Below are positions 61,206 through 64,000 of a stretch of 64,000 nucleotides of DNA, one piece after another. Both the position numbers and the translations under genes were made by a program. Source of the DNA: an uncultured virus (IMG/VR IMGVR_UViG_3300037963_002079) (taxonomy: Duplodnaviria; Heunggongvirae; Uroviricota; Caudoviricetes); IMG/VR virus record IMGVR_UViG_3300037963_002079; one strand, given 5' to 3'. Position 1 is the first letter of the stretch, and each line of letters opens with the position of its first letter. Below the pieces are notes generated by a model that was given only the letters and a program-made list of their open reading frames with translations, did no database searches and had not been told where the DNA came from.

Positions 61206-61736
61206 TTATAATTCTTTAATTTTTTTTCTATTTTCTAAGAAAGACAATCCTTTGTCTCCCGCAATTTTTTGTCTTTCTCCTCTTCTTTCTATAGCGTCAA
61301 GTAATGCTTGTCTAGTTTTTAATATTTTTTCTACACCAATCATTAACTTCTGCAACATTTCTGCGTTCTCATCATTCAAGAAGGTATTATTAATAAGATT
61401 TGTGAACTCGTTTATTTTTTTATTAAACGCAATTAATTGTTCGTCTAATGGGTCAAACTGTAGTTCTTTATACTTATTTATAGCTGATTTCATTTCAGGT
61501 TTATTTGCACCCGACCAACTATAAGTATCGTACAAATCTTTTGATACTACCTTTATTCTTTCATTTTCTATGTAGTGTCTGTATGGACTTTCGTAGTCAA
61601 ATACAAGAGCTATCCACTTCATAGCTGTTTGTCCTAATTTTTCAGTGTCTAACACTTTTTTAAATTCTGGTATTAAAACAATTCCAGAATCGTCTTTATA
61701 AATATCTCCCTTTTTATTAATTTGTAATAAATACAT
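61206..61736 (-). CDS. conserved packaging-region protein, terminase small subunit candidate
   Basis: IPEFK...DYESPY...AINKY..LQ motifs; upstream of terL. Confidence 0.55.
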   Translation of the reverse strand: MYLLQINKKGDIYKDDSGIVLIPEFKKVLDTEKLGQTAMKWIALVFDYESPYRHYIENERIKVVSKDLYDTYSWSGANKPEMKSAINKYKELQFDPLDEQLIAFNKKINEFTNLINNTFLNDENAEMLQKLMIGVEKILKTRQALLDAIERRGERQKIAGDKGLSFLENRKKIKEL

Positions 61737-61999
61737 TATATTGTTACGTGTAATAATTTAAATGTATTTTTATACAAATATTTTACAGTTTTCTTACCAT
61801 ACAATAAATCTAATTCAAGGTGTGGATTTTTGTATGTTGATATAGAATTGTCTAAATATATAAAGTTATTTTCTTCAATTCTATCTATAATTTTATCCAC
61901 TTCTTGCATTAGTTTATCTAATTGTTTGTAGTTCTTTTCTAGATAAAAAAATTCACCTTCCTTAACTATCCTTCCGTACTTTTCATTTATTATGTTCAT
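61736..61999 (-). CDS. hypothetical protein
   Basis: 87-aa ORF with TAATG coupling. Confidence 0.55.
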   Translation of the reverse strand: MNIINEKYGRIVKEGEFFYLEKNYKQLDKLMQEVDKIIDRIEENNFIYLDNSISTYKNPHLELDLLYGKKTVKYLYKNTFKLLHVTI

Positions 62000-62003
62000 A
62001 CTA

Positions 62004-62011
62004 CAAAGATA
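62004..62011 (-). promoter_or_regulatory. TAnnTTTG -7 element, likely leaderless transcript
   Basis: TATCTTTG-tagt-ATG. Confidence 0.6.
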
Positions 62012-62025
62012 ATAATAATTTTTTG

Positions 62026-62057
62026 TAAAAAGAAAAACCCCTCAAAAAATAAGGGGT
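62026..62057 (-). terminator. intrinsic terminator
   Basis: acccct-N9-aggggt followed by ttttcttttt on the - strand. Confidence 0.8.
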
Positions 62058-62098
62058 CCTCCAAAACAAGTATGAAAACATGGAAAATAAAGAAGTTG

Positions 62099-62132
62099 CA
62101 AAATTACAAAAATTTTTTGTATTTCACACAAA
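62099..62132 (-). promoter_or_regulatory. Bacteroidetes-type promoter (-33 TTTG / -7 TAATTTTG)
   Basis: TTTG-N22-TAATTTTG, intergenic. Confidence 0.6.
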
Positions 62133-62147
62133 TAATCTTAAACTTTA

Positions 62148-63908
62148 TTATTCTGAAGTATATTTGTCCATTAATTGGTTTTCAAACGAATCAGGAGCGG
62201 TGTGTGTTTGATACTCAAAGTGATATGGGTCAGAATAAGATTGTTCCATGTCTTCTCCAGCAAAATATCTATTGATGTCTCTAGAAAAACTATATGGTAC
62301 ATCAAATATTGACCTTAATCTATAAAACTGTGGAAAATGTGCAGACTCCGCTATAAGGTCAGATACATATTCTTGCATATTTATATTTTCTACAAATTTG
62401 CTACCTGATTTTGATGGTTCTGGGAATGCTATATGTATATTTCTTGTAAAAGGATTAAAATGAGGTCTGAATCGTGAAAATCGGGTTCCCATTTTTTTAG
62501 GAAATTGTTTAGCCAACATATGTGGTTCATTTATAATTTTATCCATACCCAAATCTTCTACCATTTTCATAAGTTTTGTATAATGGACTAATCTGCCGTC
62601 AGGCATTTCTACGAATTGGGCTTGACCATCTGAAGCTTTAAAAGCATCATATATATTTTTTTGTGGTTGTGATAGTTTGTTATATGATTCTTCTTTTAAA
62701 TCAACAAACTCTATTTCAGGTAGCATTACGTTAGTAACTGGTTCGTCTAAATTTTTTTTTTTACCTCCGTTCTTAAATTTACCACCCTTTTTAAAATTCA
62801 TAACCATTGTGTTCATATCTTGATTCATAGGTAATGAAACCATTGTGTTCATGTTTTGGTTCATTGGTAAAGACACAACGCCTGGTATATATCCTTTATC
62901 TTCTCCTCCATGACGTTTTATCCAGTCCCCTAGATATGAATTGTAAAAAACTTTATTTCTACCCAACTCTCTTTTTATTTCGTTTGGTTTTCCTTTGTTT
63001 TTATATGAATGTCTTTTGTACTCTGCTGCCGCTTTTTTTACATTTCCAGTCCTAATAGCGTCCATAAACTTTGGAAACTTTTTAACTGCGTTTCCTAAAT
63101 TGTATTCAAAATCTACCAACATAAGTTTTTCTATTTCGGACAGTTTTTCAAATTCACCCTCCCCAAATTTACCATCGAAATCTTCACTTAAACTTTTCAT
63201 ATTAGAGTTAATGTCTTGTCGAAGAAAATCATTCGCTTCTTTTACAGTAATACCGTTTTTATAATCATTTTCTATATCCAATCCTTTGACAGCACTATTA
63301 GTTCTTCCAAAACCTATAGTAACTTTACCTCCAACATCTTTGTATGGATAATATCTTCCGTTTTCAAAAGCTTTATAAAATCCTCCACCTGGTTTTGGTA
63401 TAATAGAAGGTGTTTTCTTCATTACAGCGTCGGAAGCTTCTACTGATTTTACATAATTTGTATAATACCCATAGTTATCAACTTTAGGAGTTTCTTCTGT
63501 TGTAGTTCCTCCGTTCTCATACATCATCACACTAGGATTTACAAATGGATTTTCGATTGTAGTATCTATATTGTATGGTGTTAAAGACAGAGAGCCACCA
63601 CCCTTAGTGGCTTTTCTATCTATAATTCCTGACTGCCTAGACACTGAGGTCCCTACACCAGCCTCTGTTACACCAGAATCACCAACTCTTGGTTCTAAAC
63701 CATCTCTTGGGTCACCTACATCACCTCTTTCTTGCGGATTGTCTAAAGTAACATCAGTAAAGGTAGGTCCACCCATGTTTTGATTGTAAGGGTCAAAGGT
63801 ACCTCCAGTATTCATTATCTGACGACTTTTTAATATAGCGTCCTCTATTATCATAGGTACGTGTTTAACATTACCTATCATGTTAATCATGTCCTTATAT
63901 GAACCCAT
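62148..63908 (-). CDS. virion protein with lysozyme-like (GH24-type) domain
   Basis: PYKDVGGKVTIGFG, ITVKEANDFLRQD, DFEYNLG...FPKF. Confidence 0.75.
   Translation of the reverse strand: MGSYKDMINMIGNVKHVPMIIEDAILKSRQIMNTGGTFDPYNQNMGGPTFTDVTLDNPQERGDVGDPRDGLEPRVGDSGVTEAGVGTSVSRQSGIIDRKATKGGGSLSLTPYNIDTTIENPFVNPSVMMYENGGTTTEETPKVDNYGYYTNYVKSVEASDAVMKKTPSIIPKPGGGFYKAFENGRYYPYKDVGGKVTIGFGRTNSAVKGLDIENDYKNGITVKEANDFLRQDINSNMKSLSEDFDGKFGEGEFEKLSEIEKLMLVDFEYNLGNAVKKFPKFMDAIRTGNVKKAAAEYKRHSYKNKGKPNEIKRELGRNKVFYNSYLGDWIKRHGGEDKGYIPGVVSLPMNQNMNTMVSLPMNQDMNTMVMNFKKGGKFKNGGKKKNLDEPVTNVMLPEIEFVDLKEESYNKLSQPQKNIYDAFKASDGQAQFVEMPDGRLVHYTKLMKMVEDLGMDKIINEPHMLAKQFPKKMGTRFSRFRPHFNPFTRNIHIAFPEPSKSGSKFVENINMQEYVSDLIAESAHFPQFYRLRSIFDVPYSFSRDINRYFAGEDMEQSYSDPYHFEYQTHTAPDSFENQLMDKYTSE
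62802..62879. repeat. 36-nt imperfect tandem duplication encoding VSLPMNQ[N/D]MNTM
   Basis: Two adjacent 12-aa units with synonymous differences. Confidence 0.8.
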
Positions 63909-63909
63909 A

Positions 63910-63999
63910 TTAGTCTAATTGTCTATAAGTACCTCCAGATTTATAAGTAGTTTTCATTTTTCCACCACCCATATAGGTCATCATATTGTTCATCATTCT
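63910..63999 (-). CDS. 3' end of a gene truncated by the window edge, ending QLD
   Basis: ...RMMNNMMTYMGGGKMKTTYKSGGTYRQLD*. Confidence 0.65.
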   Translation of the reverse strand, partial: RMMNNMMTYMGGGKMKTTYKSGGTYRQLD

Positions 64000-64000
64000 T

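Noticed and set aside
62072..62275. 67-aa + strand ORF
   Set aside because: Antisense to the 586-aa gene and a promoter; no protein-like features
24522..63783. Many + strand ORFs antisense to the late genes (e.g. 24522-25142, 51162-51851)
   Set aside because: Shadow frames of AT-rich coding genes, rich in Ser/Phe/Leu with no motifs
1..64000. Stop-codon reassignment (TAG or TGA), known in some crAss-like phages
   Set aside because: Very long ORFs and dense packing under the standard code; TAG and TGA end genes normally

Overview
A 64-kb, AT-rich piece of a crAss-like (Crassvirales-related) podovirus genome. The host is probably a Bacteroidetes/Flavobacteriia cell, judged from TAnnTTTG promoters, no obvious Shine-Dalgarno sites and a T9SS-type cargo gene. 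The + strand arm (1-12296) holds small early genes and a replication/recombination module: DUF932, DnaB, HU-like, Rad52/Sak, SSB-like, RusA-like, DnaA-C-like HTH, RecE-like nuclease, DUF3310 and a Dam-family methylase. The - strand arm (64000-12293) holds the virion genes: lysozyme-domain protein, small basic proteins, terminase, portal, capsid, ring and tail proteins, ejected cargo proteins, a 3847-aa virion RNA polymerase (DLDGD, zincin, ASCH-like), head spike, holin, endolysin and a metallophosphoesterase. The least explained signals are: (i) a C-terminal Q[H/L]D-stop tag shared by unrelated small basic proteins; (ii) a five-gene cell-envelope cassette (Cys-rich peptide, membrane coiled-coil, CxxC-less exported thioredoxin, Cys-repeat T9SS-type cargo, outer-membrane barrel); (iii) a GC-rich 176-nt structured RNA candidate; (iv) a promoter-to-terminator ~65-nt RNA complementary to start-codon regions; (v) triloop hairpins in the early region; (vi) apparent GATC avoidance. 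All family calls come from motif recognition by eye, not from database searches.
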